A DNA stretch of 64,000 nt from Cyanidioschyzon merolae (taxonomy: Eukaryota): NCBI GenBank assembly GCA_000091205.1, contig AP006498.2, one strand, 5' to 3'. Made by a program: the position numbers and the translations under genes. Positions 39,137 through 50,639 of the stretch are shown one piece after another (positions within the stretch are counted from its first letter, which is position 1; every line of letters begins with the position of its first letter). Under the pieces are notes generated by a model. The model worked only from the letters and a program-made list of their open reading frames with translations, searched no databases and had not been told where the DNA came from.

Positions 39137-42100
39137 ATGCGCTCCGATCCGAAACGTCGAGCACAGTGTCTGTGTGGCTTGCAGGGGGTCATGCGCAGGC
39201 CGCCAGCGACTTTTGTGGTGCCAAGTAGGGCGATCAGGAACACCGGAGAAAACGTAGAATATAGAAACAGCTTGAGCGTGGAAAATCTGGGAAAGCATCT
39301 ATGGAAAGAACGTCGGCAACGAAGGCGCTACGTGCCGCCGCTTCCAGACGCGAATCGGCACTCGAGGCAACGAGTGCCTGTTGCACCGGCACGCTGCCGG
39401 GGGTTGCTCCTGTGTTGTCAAGATTGCAGCGAGTATGAATTGAAGTCGTTCGTCGACAGAGACGAAGACGAGCACGGAACTGGTGGTGGACGCGGCGAGT
39501 CCAGCGGCTCGCGCTCGTCACCGAACTTTATATCGTGGCGACAAGTGGATCGAGCCCAGCTTACCCCGCTGTTTCGCCACTTTCTCTCGGTAAAGGATCG
39601 ATTTCCCGACGCAGTGATCCTTTACCAGTGCGGTGACTTTTTTGAGACATTCTTCGATGACGCGGTGGTTTTACATGAGAAACTTGAGCTTGCCCTTACT
39701 GGAAAGGACGCGGGAAAGGAGGTCGGTCGGGTGCCCATGGCCGGTGTCCCGCTATCCTCTCTGGACCGCTACTGTGCTGCGCTCCTGGAACATGGATATC
39801 ACGTCGCTGTCGTTGAGCAGGTGGAGCCAGCCAACGGGCGTTCTGGTGGTGATGGCGCTCTCGTGCGTCGCGAGGTTACCCGAATGCTGACCCCCGGCAC
39901 CGTTCTCGAGGAAGGCCTTCTGGATGCTCGCTCCAATAACTACCTCGTCGCGTTATGGGGCCAGCGCCTGACATCAGTACGGGGCGACGTGGATCGCCGA
40001 TCGCCCTCCAAATCCAGTAGATGTACAGCGGATGCTACCAATTGGTTGTTTGGCCTCGCATACCTGGACGTATCCACGGGTGATTTCGGATCGACCGCTG
40101 TCGAGAATGATGTGGAGGATCTTCAGGCGGAGCTCGGACGACTGCATCCCGCAGAGGTGCTGCTAACCGATGATATTTCTGAAGAGGTTTCCAGCTGCCT
40201 CGAGGGTGTTCTGGAGCGCACGTTCACCACGAATGGATGGAGAGCGTCGATCACCCGGAGGCCCCGCGCATTTTTTGATCTGGAATGTGCCCGGAAACGA
40301 ATCGAGGAGCGCTTTGGATCCCAGCTGGATAGCGTCTTTGATGAGAGGCAGCTCAAGAGTATCGTCCAAATTCGGGTGATCGGAGCGCTCCTCGCGCTTG
40401 TCAACGAAACCCTGGAGCGCGCCCAAGCACCCATCGCTTTTGCAATGCCCCAAACAGCAGCAAATGCAACACCATTGGAGCCTATTGTTTCGGGAAACCT
40501 GCTCACTCCATTGCAGCCACCAAGGCCCTACCAGATTCAAGGAAGCATGATGCTCGATGGAACAGCACTCCGCAATCTGGAAATCGTGCACCCGGCCCGG
40601 GACAGTCGCAGCCGCCGTGGCACACTGCTCTGGGCGATGGATGCAACGGTCACCGCTATGGGTGCCCGACTCTTGCGTCGCTGGCTCCTGCGACCGAGCC
40701 GGGACCTCGAAACCATCCGGTATCGACAGCAGCAGGTGCAGCGGTGGCAGCGCGACCATCTCCAGCGTGAACGCCTGCGTCGACTCCTGCGCGGTGTTGC
40801 CGATATAGAGCGCCTCGCGGGAAAAGTTGCCACCCGGAGAGCGAATCCCCGGGAACTTTATGCTCTCGCCGCATCTCTCTGCCGGTTGTCGACGCTTCTT
40901 TCCGAGGTTGAGGCGCGAATAGGCGCAGGCACTGGTTCTGCTGAAGCTCCCTGCTGGCCTGCAGCGGCGAGCAGCGCTACCAAGGATCTGATCAAACTCG
41001 CCCATCAAGTCGTATTCGATGCCTTTCTGACGCGGGATAAGGAAGAGGGTTCTCCGAGCGCCTCTGAAAGCGCTGTTGCTGGCAGCACGCTGCGAGGTCG
41101 CGAGCCACGCGGCGTTGCGCTTTCACCACCGCCGCCCTACGGAGTGCCAGTCCGTCTGCCGAGTGCTGCTGAAGATCGACCCATCTTTCGCAGCGGCTTC
41201 CACGCGGAACTGGATCTTTTGCGCGAACAAGCTGCAGGCGATCTCGCCTGGATCACTGCCTATGAAGCGCAGGAACGTGAACGCACCGGAATCGCAAGCT
41301 TGAGGGTCAGCTATCATAATGTCTTCGGATATTATATCCAGATCCCGAGTCGTTTCACGAACCCCTCGAATACATCTCAAAACGGCCGCTCGCAACCGAC
41401 TGCGCTGCCCACAAACTACGTGCGTCGACAGACGCTCAAATCCGTTGAGCGGTACGTCACACCCGAGCTTCGAGAACGGGAGCAACTGATCCTCGGTGCA
41501 CGAGCACGAGTCGCTGCGCTAGAGTGTCGCCTCTTTTACGACCTGCTCGAGCAATTCGGTGCTGCAATCGACACCATACGCAGCATGGCGTCGTGGGTGG
41601 CGGAGCTGGACGTACTGCTGGGTTTCGCTGAAATCGCCCTCGAACGCAACTATACCATGCCGGAGGTCGTGGATTCGTCAGACCCGGTAAGCGGTCGACT
41701 CGTGGACATCGAGGATGGGCGGCATCCGGTGGTCGAGTGCACGCTGCCGCCCAACGAGCGCTTTGTGCCCAACTCGCTGCGTATAGGTGACGGAACCGTT
41801 GATATGGTGCTCCTCATGGGCGCGAATGCCTCAGGCAAGAGCGTTTTCCTCCGCCAGGTCGCTCTGATTCAGATCATGGCCCAGTGTGGCTCGTTCGTGC
41901 CAGCGAAACGTGCTCGACTGGCGCTCACAGACCGCATTTTTACCAGAGTCGGAGCGGCCGATGACATCGCCGCCGCAAAGTCTACCTTTGTGATGGAGAT
42001 GGAGGAAACCGCCACCATTCTGCGCCACGTTACACCAAACTCACTTGTTCTTCTTGACGAGGTCGGACGGGGTACTTCAACCGCGGACGGTCTAGCGATT

Positions 42101-42550
42101 GCGCAGGCCGTGACCGAGTACCTGGTAAGCGAGGCAGTGCGAGCCCGGGGTATTTTCGCCACCCATTTCCATGAGCTGGCACAGCTCGAGCATGCCTTTT
42201 CCAATATAACCTGCTTTCACATGGCCGTGATTGAGCGCTACCCAACTGGAAACGTCGAGCCTGCTATCGTTTTTCTCCATCGCCTTGAACGGGGCGCCGC
42301 GAGTCGCTCCTTCGGGATCGAGGTTGCCCAGCAGTGTGGGCTTGTTGCGGCCATTGTACAACGTGCTCGTGAGCTCGTTCGGGATGACTCGTCAGCGAAC
42401 CACGAGCCGCCAAAGGGCCCGGGGACGGCCACGGAGGCTGCGCAGGCCAGCAACGTGAAAGTGCAGGTTCAGCGGATGCAGCCGAGACGATGGCGACCGC
42501 GAAACAAACCCAGCGATCTTGATGCTGGTTTCTGTGCAGCTCGGGTTTGA
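39137..42550 (+). CDS. mutS: bacterial-type DNA mismatch repair protein MutS1, probably the organellar MSH1-like protein
   Basis: The ATG start was verified. Domain I is LYQCGDFFETFFDDAVVLHEKLELALTGKDAG...VPMAGVPLSSLDRYCAALLEHGYHVAVVEQVE. The protein also contains GRHPVVE. The ABC ATPase region is LLMGANASGKSVFLRQVALIQIMAQCGSFVPA...DRIFTRVGAADDIAAAKSTFVMEMEETATIL...SLVLLDEVGRGTSTADGLAIAQAV, which is near-identical in pattern to E. coli MutS. The ~140-aa Arg-rich N-terminal extension may be a presequence. Confidence 0.9.
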   Translation: MRSDPKRRAQCLCGLQGVMRRPPATFVVPSRAIRNTGENVEYRNSLSVENLGKHLWKERRQRRRYVPPLPDANRHSRQRVPVAPARCRGLLLCCQDCSEYELKSFVDRDEDEHGTGGGRGESSGSRSSPNFISWRQVDRAQLTPLFRHFLSVKDRFPDAVILYQCGDFFETFFDDAVVLHEKLELALTGKDAGKEVGRVPMAGVPLSSLDRYCAALLEHGYHVAVVEQVEPANGRSGGDGALVRREVTRMLTPGTVLEEGLLDARSNNYLVALWGQRLTSVRGDVDRRSPSKSSRCTADATNWLFGLAYLDVSTGDFGSTAVENDVEDLQAELGRLHPAEVLLTDDISEEVSSCLEGVLERTFTTNGWRASITRRPRAFFDLECARKRIEERFGSQLDSVFDERQLKSIVQIRVIGALLALVNETLERAQAPIAFAMPQTAANATPLEPIVSGNLLTPLQPPRPYQIQGSMMLDGTALRNLEIVHPARDSRSRRGTLLWAMDATVTAMGARLLRRWLLRPSRDLETIRYRQQQVQRWQRDHLQRERLRRLLRGVADIERLAGKVATRRANPRELYALAASLCRLSTLLSEVEARIGAGTGSAEAPCWPAAASSATKDLIKLAHQVVFDAFLTRDKEEGSPSASESAVAGSTLRGREPRGVALSPPPPYGVPVRLPSAAEDRPIFRSGFHAELDLLREQAAGDLAWITAYEAQERERTGIASLRVSYHNVFGYYIQIPSRFTNPSNTSQNGRSQPTALPTNYVRRQTLKSVERYVTPELREREQLILGARARVAALECRLFYDLLEQFGAAIDTIRSMASWVAELDVLLGFAEIALERNYTMPEVVDSSDPVSGRLVDIEDGRHPVVECTLPPNERFVPNSLRIGDGTVDMVLLMGANASGKSVFLRQVALIQIMAQCGSFVPAKRARLALTDRIFTRVGAADDIAAAKSTFVMEMEETATILRHVTPNSLVLLDEVGRGTSTADGLAIAQAVTEYLVSEAVRARGIFATHFHELAQLEHAFSNITCFHMAVIERYPTGNVEPAIVFLHRLERGAASRSFGIEVAQQCGLVAAIVQRARELVRDDSSANHEPPKGPGTATEAAQASNVKVQVQRMQPRRWRPRNKPSDLDAGFCAARV

Positions 42551-43147
42551 GATTGTCTGCTCGTGAACTAGGAGCATTCGAGGAATCGTGAAACCGAACC
42601 TTGATAGAGACACGTGTATGCGTGTGTGTTGCTCGACAACGGAGGTATGCATCGTTGCGTTGGTGCTTCAGTCCACTGCATCAAGTTGTTCCAAATGATA
42701 ACCCACGGAAGCGAGAGTCTGGGCGGAGCTTTTCATGAACGGCGTTCACCAAACTGGACCATGGATGCTCCCAGATATTCAAAGACGAGAATGAAGTGCG
42801 GAACGGGTACAATGCATGTGGGCTGGGGGCGACGCTGCGCACCGCACTGCGGACGCGCTTTCCAGCATACCACGGGAAGACGTGTAATCTCCATACGACT
42901 TCTGAAGGGATGTTTTTGAACGTTTGGAGTACGACGCAAGGAGCTCGCGGCTCCCATACCTGTGCCAGATTAGAATGCAACACTGAAGTGCTGGCTCTGT
43001 TCCAGCCTGTCGATTTTTTCGATCCCGAGGATAGATGTACAGTTTCGAGATTTCGAGTGGAGCGAACAGAGCTTACATGTCCACACGTCGTTCCGCACCG
43101 CTCGGTGTTTCATTCGGGAGGGTGAGTTGCTTCGAGCCTGTGACTCT

Positions 43148-43948
43148 GCTGGAATTCGTTACGTCACTGGAATCAAGATGATTCGCGACGCGTTCGAACG
43201 AGCGTTCATAGCATCATCGACACCATGATTCGATTCATGGGCGAATGCCCCGTACGCTTCTCCTGCCGTTTCGTATAGTATGCTCTAATGACGCATTCAT
43301 CAAGTTGTCGACCTTGCTGCTTCGAAGCATCCCGTAGGTTCAGCGATTCGAGCTGCTGGAATGAAGAGGGAAAACTCGATATCGAAATCTTATCGACTTG
43401 TGCATAGATTCCCAGATGCAGTTTTCACGTAGCGTCTTCGTTGAAATAACCGACTCGATCCGAACAACATATCCGCCTCGCTCTGCGGCCATCGTCGAAA
43501 CGGCATGCAGCAGCAGCAGCATGATACCCGTCGCTGTACATGCTATCAGAGGCTCCGGTCTCTTGTGTTCACATGGAAAAGCGTCTTCGACTCGAGTCAT
43601 CCGAGTGATTGCTTCCACAAGCTAGTCCCTCATCGCTTTGCACAAAGTGAGCGAAAACGAATCGTCATGTCTCGAGTTGTGCACCAGCCTGGATATTCCT
43701 TCCGATATTTGTTTCATCCTAGACAGCACCACTCTTCACAGATCCTTTTGTCGCACGCAAAAACCTGTTCTTGCGCTTGCAGCGTCCATCGTATTCGCTG
43801 AAGGGATCACCTCGAAGAAAACCGTGATCCTAGGGTACGCCACCAGGAGCGCAAACAGAGAAGGACGTCGAGAGGAGACTTTCTGTATCCGTCAAGGGGC
43901 GACGGCATATCCCGAGCGATGAGGCGAGCCCGCAAGCGCGCTGCAGCA
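43148..43948 (+). repeat. dispersed repeat family B, copy 1 (~800 bp), about 500 bp upstream of the coatomer gamma gene
   Basis: Collinear with 51742-52495 in the same orientation at about 65-70 percent identity, with conserved blocks such as gctggaattcgt(t/g)acgtc, GCACCAGCCTGGATA..TTTGTTTCATCCT.GA.AGCAC and CCGAGCGATGA(G/A)GCGAGC. Confidence 0.6.
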
Positions 43949-44462
43949 TGGCCTCGGCAGAAGCGCGCGTGCTGGACATGTGGGCAATACCTGGTCACGG
44001 GAAAGTGTCACCAACGCGCAAAGCGCACCGTTGCTGTATACAAGGAAGATAAAAATAGCGAACAGAGCCTAAATCACCAATACCGCATGTGCATCAAGCA
44101 CGTCGAGAATAGCCGGAAGCGGCGCACTCGAACACTGCCAGCAATATCCCTCGATTGCCGACATGAAAGGCGGAGCGAAAAAAAGAGACCTACATCTTTA
44201 AAGTCGGACACAGGAGAGAAGGCAAAACCAATCAGCCGTACAAAAATCCAACACGGGCTGGTGTTGATGGCCATGAAAAAAAAGTCCCAGACTTGAGTAT
44301 CCACCCGTACTCGACAACTTGTCCTATGTTGAATCTGACATGAGCGGTATTGCTCGCGCCGCCTGCGCTGCGAGAAACATTCAACCCGAAACGTCTCAGC
44401 TTCCGCTTCAGCCGTGGCGTCGCTGTTCGCTTGGAGCCGGATTATCGACGAGAAGCCCGAAC

Positions 44463-47285
44463 ATGTCTGTTTCTGATACGCTTAAAGACTTTGCGGAGGA
44501 TGCTCGAAGCGTTTTGAGGAGCCTTGGTACCAAGGTCGAGGATGACGGCATCAACCCACTGGTCGTTCTCGACAAGGCGCGGGTCGTCCAACAGGTACGC
44601 GTTTTCAACGAGACGCGCTTGCGACCAGATCGTTGCCTTCAAGTACTCACCCAGCTCATGTTCCTGGTAAACAGGGGTGAACGTCTGACTTCATCAGAAG
44701 CAACTGAGGTCTTTTTCGCCGCAACCAAGCTGTTTTCCTGTGATGACGCTGCGTTGCGGCGTATGACGTACCTGGCTATCAAGGCGCTCGCGCACACCGC
44801 AGAGGAAGTTATCATCGTCGTGAACTGCCTCACCAAAGATATAACATCAACTGTGGATACTCGAAGAGCGAACGCTTTACGAGTTTTATGTAAGATTATG
44901 GATGCGACGATGGTTGCGCAAGTGGAGCGTTATCTTCGCCAGGCGCTCGTGGATCGCAACCCGAACGTTGCCAGCGCTGCGTTGTTGAGTGCGGAGACGC
45001 TTCTCCGTGCGGGCAAAGCGGAAGCTGTCGTGCGTCGTTGGGTCAGCGAAGCTACGCAGGCCCTGAATCACCCCCACCCGATCGTGCAGTACCACGCCCT
45101 GTCGCTGTTGTACACGATGCGACACCGGGATCGACAAGCGGTATCCAAACTGGTGCAGGACGTAGCCCGGCAGGGCGCTCGTTCGCCTATGAGTGCGATG
45201 CTACTCTTACGATATATTGGTGAAATCCTGGAGACAGACACGCTGCTGGATGATGGTCTCAGGCAGCAGTACGTTGGTTTTTTGGAATCGATGCTTCGCC
45301 ATCGCAGCGAACTGGTGGTTGTCGAGGCTGCTCGAGTGCTCTTGGCAGTCTCTACGGTTGAAGAATCGACGCTGCAGACTGCAGCAAACGCGTTGCAGAT
45401 GCTCCTGATCTCGCCGAAGCCTGTCGTCCGGTACGCCGCCGCTCGAACGCTTTGCCAGGTCGCCTCGTTGAAGCCGGCTGCGGTTGCACCTCTGAACCGT
45501 GATATCGAGAGTCTCGTAGCGGATCCGAACCGGGCAGTCGCAACTGCAGCAGTAACAACGTTGCTACGGACCGGCACGGAAACTTCTATCGATCGCTTAC
45601 TGCAGTCCGTAAGTCGCTTTCTGCACGAACTCGGAGACGACTTCCGGGTGACCGTGATCCAGGCCATTCGGACGCTGACGCTCAAGTACCCGCACAAGCA
45701 CGTGGCACTGGTGCGTTTTCTTGGGGAGGCTCTGCGCAGCGAGGGAGGCCTTCGTTTCAAGCAGGCAACCGTGGATACGCTGCGGGAATTGATTGAAAGG
45801 ATTCCCGACTGTAGGAGTGAATGTCTCAGTCATTTCATAGAGCTCGTTGAGGACTGTGAATACCCGATGCTCTCTGTTCAGGTACTGCACATGCTGGGCG
45901 AGTGGGGTCCACAAGCTCCGACGCCCTCTAGTTATGTGCGAACGATCTACAACCGCATCATCCTGGAGAGCCCCATGGTGCGAGCAGCGGCGGTGTCCGC
46001 GCTGGCTCGCTTCGCATCAGTACCGGAGCTGGCTTCCTCGATTCGAATGCTGCTGCGCCAGTGCCTGTTGGATGCCGACGATGAGGTGCGAGATCGTGCA
46101 GCTTTTGCTCTGGAGCTCCTCGGTGATCACGTAGAGGCAGCCGAGTCGATTTCCGACGCCTCCTCGGACGCGGAATCTGTCACGGAATACAGGCGCTTGC
46201 AACCGGCACCGCTCGATGTGCCTCTGGAGAGCCTGGAGAAGGCGCTGGTCGAATACTTGGGGCACGATCTGTATCTGCACAGCGCGTTCGACGTGAATGC
46301 AGCGCGCTCTTTAGCCCTGAAGGCAACGCAGAGACCAGGCGCAGCAGCGACTGCATGTGAACGCCTGTCGAGCGCGACGACAGCAACAGCAGCAGCAACA
46401 GCAGTCGCTCCAACGGCAGCAGCGTGCACTGCTACCGATACCGAAGGCATCCAGCGGAGCGAGTTCCGTGGGGCGCTCCTGGCAAACGAAACACTCCATG
46501 CGCTCGGTTATAGAACGGCTCCGTTCAAGTCGTCTGCGACTTGCGCGCTGACGGATACCGACGCAGAATTCCTCGTCGTCGCCATGAAGCACGTTTATCC
46601 ACAGGGGCTCGTTCTACAGTTTCGAGTGCTGAATACCCTTGAGGATCAGATGTTGCAGGAGTGTAGCGTGGAGCTGGATACCAAAGAGCTCACAAGCTTG
46701 AAGATTCGCGAGAGCATTCCAGCGTCTCTCGTTCGCTACAATGAGCCTAGCTGGTGCTTTGTCATCCTGGAGAGCCCCGATCCCGACGCTGAGCTGCTTG
46801 TACCGGATTTCGGAGTGGTACCTGCGAAACTGGTCTACCGCGTTAGCGAAGTAGACCCCTTGACCCAGGAGCCGCTCGATGCGCAGGGTTTCCCCGATAC
46901 GTTTACCTTGGAAGAGCTCGAGCTGGAACTCAAGGACTATATCCAGCCGCTTGTGCTGACGGATTCCTTCGATAACGTCTGGTCTGAGATGGAGGCGTCG
47001 GCTGCGACGGTACGCGAGACCTACGTCCTGCCGCACGAGACGGTGGCGACAGCCGTCGAGGCCGTCGCCGACTATTTGGCTATGGCTCCCTGCGGAGACT
47101 CGCTGGCGGTATCCAGCAGCGCAACGCAACATGAACTCCTGCTTGCGGGGATCTTTCTCGGTGGATTCCGGCTCTTGATTCGTGCAAGTTTCTCCAAATC
47201 TCTTCCATCGGGCATACAGCTCGCACTCTCTGTGTGCTCTGAGAATGAGCGCGTCAGCGAACTCGTTGCGCTCTGTATTGCCTGA
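44463..47285 (+). CDS. COPG: coatomer subunit gamma (COPI)
   Basis: The ORF opens at 44319, but homology starts at the ATG at 44463 (MSVSDTLKDF). VRVFNETRLRPDRCLQVLTQLMFLVNRGERLTSSEATEVFFAATKLFSCDDAALRRMTYLAIKALAHTAEEVIIVVNCLTKDITS aligns almost residue-for-residue with human COPG1. It has the C-terminal appendage domain, and the stop codon is TGA. Confidence 0.9.
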   Translation: MSVSDTLKDFAEDARSVLRSLGTKVEDDGINPLVVLDKARVVQQVRVFNETRLRPDRCLQVLTQLMFLVNRGERLTSSEATEVFFAATKLFSCDDAALRRMTYLAIKALAHTAEEVIIVVNCLTKDITSTVDTRRANALRVLCKIMDATMVAQVERYLRQALVDRNPNVASAALLSAETLLRAGKAEAVVRRWVSEATQALNHPHPIVQYHALSLLYTMRHRDRQAVSKLVQDVARQGARSPMSAMLLLRYIGEILETDTLLDDGLRQQYVGFLESMLRHRSELVVVEAARVLLAVSTVEESTLQTAANALQMLLISPKPVVRYAAARTLCQVASLKPAAVAPLNRDIESLVADPNRAVATAAVTTLLRTGTETSIDRLLQSVSRFLHELGDDFRVTVIQAIRTLTLKYPHKHVALVRFLGEALRSEGGLRFKQATVDTLRELIERIPDCRSECLSHFIELVEDCEYPMLSVQVLHMLGEWGPQAPTPSSYVRTIYNRIILESPMVRAAAVSALARFASVPELASSIRMLLRQCLLDADDEVRDRAAFALELLGDHVEAAESISDASSDAESVTEYRRLQPAPLDVPLESLEKALVEYLGHDLYLHSAFDVNAARSLALKATQRPGAAATACERLSSATTATAAATAVAPTAAACTATDTEGIQRSEFRGALLANETLHALGYRTAPFKSSATCALTDTDAEFLVVAMKHVYPQGLVLQFRVLNTLEDQMLQECSVELDTKELTSLKIRESIPASLVRYNEPSWCFVILESPDPDAELLVPDFGVVPAKLVYRVSEVDPLTQEPLDAQGFPDTFTLEELELELKDYIQPLVLTDSFDNVWSEMEASAATVRETYVLPHETVATAVEAVADYLAMAPCGDSLAVSSSATQHELLLAGIFLGGFRLLIRASFSKSLPSGIQLALSVCSENERVSELVALCIA

Positions 47286-47759
47286 GGAAGCGTCCACGCA
47301 ACCGAGCCGTTGCCCGTAAACCGGCCGGAGATGATCGTTTCCAGCATCCATCTGCTCTTTTCGCGAGAACGCTGTCGTACGCAGAGCCCGTGAACGCTTT
47401 GCTTGCTGTACTGCCTGGAAATGCGTCCAGGGAAACGGGAGCGTGGGGAGAGACCGGCACCACTGTGTCGCTTCGTCAGTTAAAAACGTTTCTTTCATCG
47501 ATTTAGGGTGCAAGCTTCGAGCTCCGCAACGAGATGCACAGCAATGCGCGCTCAAAGTCGTGGCGTGGTTCCCGCACAGGGGCATCCAAGTGAACAGCTG
47601 CGGGACGAAAAGGCACGACTCGGGATGCCATACTCGACCTGGTATTCGGCTGGAGCACCTCAAGCGTAGCCAGCGTTGGACTCCCGAAAACCCCAGGGTT
47701 CCCGTCGTTTGAGCGCTGGCGACTAGACACCTTCGATGGACGCACGGAAAGGAGGCACG

Positions 47760-50605
47760 TTACCGCGGTGAGCGCGTTGATGTCGACGCTGCTTCTGAGG
47801 CGGCCCCGTTGGCTCCTTCGCCCGAATGCCTCTGATGCAGGGGATTCCCCACAGACCCGTGTTTCGATGCGGTACGTTCCCGCAGCCCGGTCGCCTTGTG
47901 TTTCCGTCGAGCGCAAGCGCGCCGTGCACGACCAACGGTTTCCACAGCATGCTGCGGGGCGTTGGTCACCATCGCGGCTAGTACGGCACCCGTCTGCGCT
48001 GCTAGCTCGGTAGCGAGTTGCGCTACCTGATCGGCCTCGTGTGGGAACGCCTGGTAGGCTGCAGCCACCACAGAGGGCAACGAGAATCCCGCAGTCAACG
48101 AAGCGATCATGAACGATCGGGCATCGATGGCAGCAGCTTGGACCTGCGGGGTGGACTGCCCCGAGACACCCCCGCTTATCGGTGCATCGCTTCCGTTCCG
48201 AATCGAATATACAGCAGCGGTTCGCTGAAGTCGCGGATCCAACGCACTTGCAAAGGCCACTGCAGCCGTCGACGCGGCACCTGTGGAGCTGTCTCTCGCA
48301 GCGCTGGTTGGTGCTTGGCTTGACGCCGCTGCCGCCGGCGTTGCGGCCCCGTCGCGGGTATCCATGGCATCGCTCGACACAGACCTGGTCGATGACGGCC
48401 TCGGGGGTATCGAGCCTGCCGCTCCGCTCCCGGAACCGGACGCTGTGGCGCTGCTCCTGTGGCGCTGCAGCCACGATTGGACCAGGTCGCTCGAGGACTC
48501 AAAATAGAGACCGCGCTGCTCCGCGTCGCACAAGAGTGCATCCCAGTCGGCGCTGTGCGCTCTGAGAGCGGCCGCATGACCCAGCACCACGAGAGATACT
48601 TTGGCCCGCGTCAAGGCCACATTCAGGCGACGAACATCTCCAACAAAGCCAATACCACTGCGATGTTGCGCGGTACGCACAGCCGAGAATATGATGACGT
48701 CCTTTTCCCGACCCTGGAATGCATCCACAGTATCGATTTCGATGGTGCAGGGCATCTGCTGCCCCGGCAGAATGAGGCCGCTCTGGTCGAGTGCCTGTTG
48801 GAGCAGACGCATCTGCGCTCGATACGGTGTCAAGATGCCAAGATGCCACACCCGATCGGATGCTTTCCAGTAGCGCTCATAGAGGATCTCCACAAGCTGC
48901 ATCGCAAACGCCGCCTCCTTGGGATTACTCAGCGACGCTGTCGTAGCGTCCCGCTCCTCTGTAGCCTCGGCGATATCTACGAAGCAGTACGGGCCCAGAA
49001 GCGGCGGCGGTGGCCCAGTCCGATGAAAAGCTGGCCGATAGAGCTCGCTGCGTACGCAATCGTCATTCTTGAGTTGATTTTGGTAGAACCAGCGTGTCGG
49101 AAACGTCGCAATCGCAGGATGCATACGATACTGGGTGTCAAGCAGGTGACCGGTCCAGCCGGCTTGCAGCAGACGTTCCATGAGCGATCGAGCGAGCGCC
49201 ACGCCTGCATCACCTCGACTGAAGACGGTTGCCGGGAGCTGTTGCGGGTCACCGGCTAGCACACAGCGTTCGCACCCGTACTGCAACGGAATCAGGGTAG
49301 CGAGCTCCGTTGCTTGTGCGGCCTCGTCGATGACGACAATGGGGAACGTGCTCGCGCGTGCTTGGAACGCACCATCCAGCGTGGAAACGCTCTCCCCGGA
49401 GCGCTCCGGTAGCGATCGCGCCTCGCTCGCTAGCGGTGCGTCCCGCAGCCACGACTTTATCAGGGCGGCACCGCTGAGCGTGCAGAGCACAATCTCGGCC
49501 TCTTCGAGGTATGTTCCGGCAATCCAAGCAATGCGCTGCTCGCGGCTGATCCGTTGATCCGGCCAGGTTGCCATGCGATAGCGTCGCTCGTCTCGTTGGA
49601 GGCGATCCAGGCGATCCCAGAGCCGCATCAGGCGACCTCGCGCCTCCAGGTCGTGCTGCGGTGGAGCGGGCGTCTCAAGTTGCCCCAGCAGCGCTCTGCA
49701 TTGTTGTTCCCAGTGTTGAATCCATTCTGCGGAATGTTTCGCACTTTCCAGCGCTTGCAGGAAGGCTTCTGCACGAGCCTCGGCAGTCACTGCTCGGGCT
49801 TTGGGATGAACTCGGGCTCCGGCTCCGATTCGAACGATATCAGGATAATAGGTGCGCAGTTTCCCATCGACGAATCCTTCGCGCATGATACGGACAACGA
49901 TTTCATCCACAGCAGCATTGGATTGTGCGGTGACAAGCAGGCGCGGTTTGCGTTGCAATGCAGCAGTATGACGAGCTGTGCGCAGAGCGCTGAGCTTCAC
50001 TGCTGCGGTTGCTGCAGCAGTGGTATTTCGAACCGAATCCAGTAACTGTTCCAGAATGGGTTTTGGTGTCGAGTCCGTCCCGGCAGTCGGCAACGTCGAT
50101 TGGTCGCATGAGGTCCTGGGACGTTCTTCTTCCTGTGCCGCTGGAGATCCAAGTGCGCTCAAGTACGCGTCATAATATTCCTGGTACTTGCTCATATGCA
50201 ACAAGTTCAGCAAAGAGAGCAAGGTTTTCGTTTTCCCGGTACCAGGCGGGCCATGAATCAACGCGAATCCTCTTTGACGGTGCACGGAGGCCCGCACCGC
50301 CTCGTACTGGGATCGATTGAGACCTCGCTGGTTCGAAATCACCGCGAGATATGCATCCAGTTCGGATCGCTGCGGCCCAGGGGCCAGCTCACGCTGCTGC
50401 TCCGCTGCAGCACCTGCCGGATCCAGTATCACAGGAGCCAGCTCCATCTCTGCGATACTGGAGAGCGCACCAAGCTCGCGTGCGTGGTTCAGCGTGCTCA
50501 TGAGACGTATTGCTGGCGTCGGCGGGGTACATGCGGCGTTTTCGGATCCTATGGCGCTGTTCAAGGGACCTGATGAGCAATCTGTGCGAGCTGTTTCCCA
50601 TTGAC

Positions 50606-50639
<34 letters not shown>

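Noticed and set aside
48459-49259. 266-aa plus-strand ORF plus several 100-130-aa ORFs inside the helicase gene; similar nested ORFs lie inside UTP13, Sec6, MutS1 and COPG (for example 13563-13925, 35494-36061, 40163-41008, 45068-45760)
   Set aside because: They are antisense or out-of-frame ORFs inside confidently identified genes in roughly 60 percent GC DNA. None shows any conserved motif.
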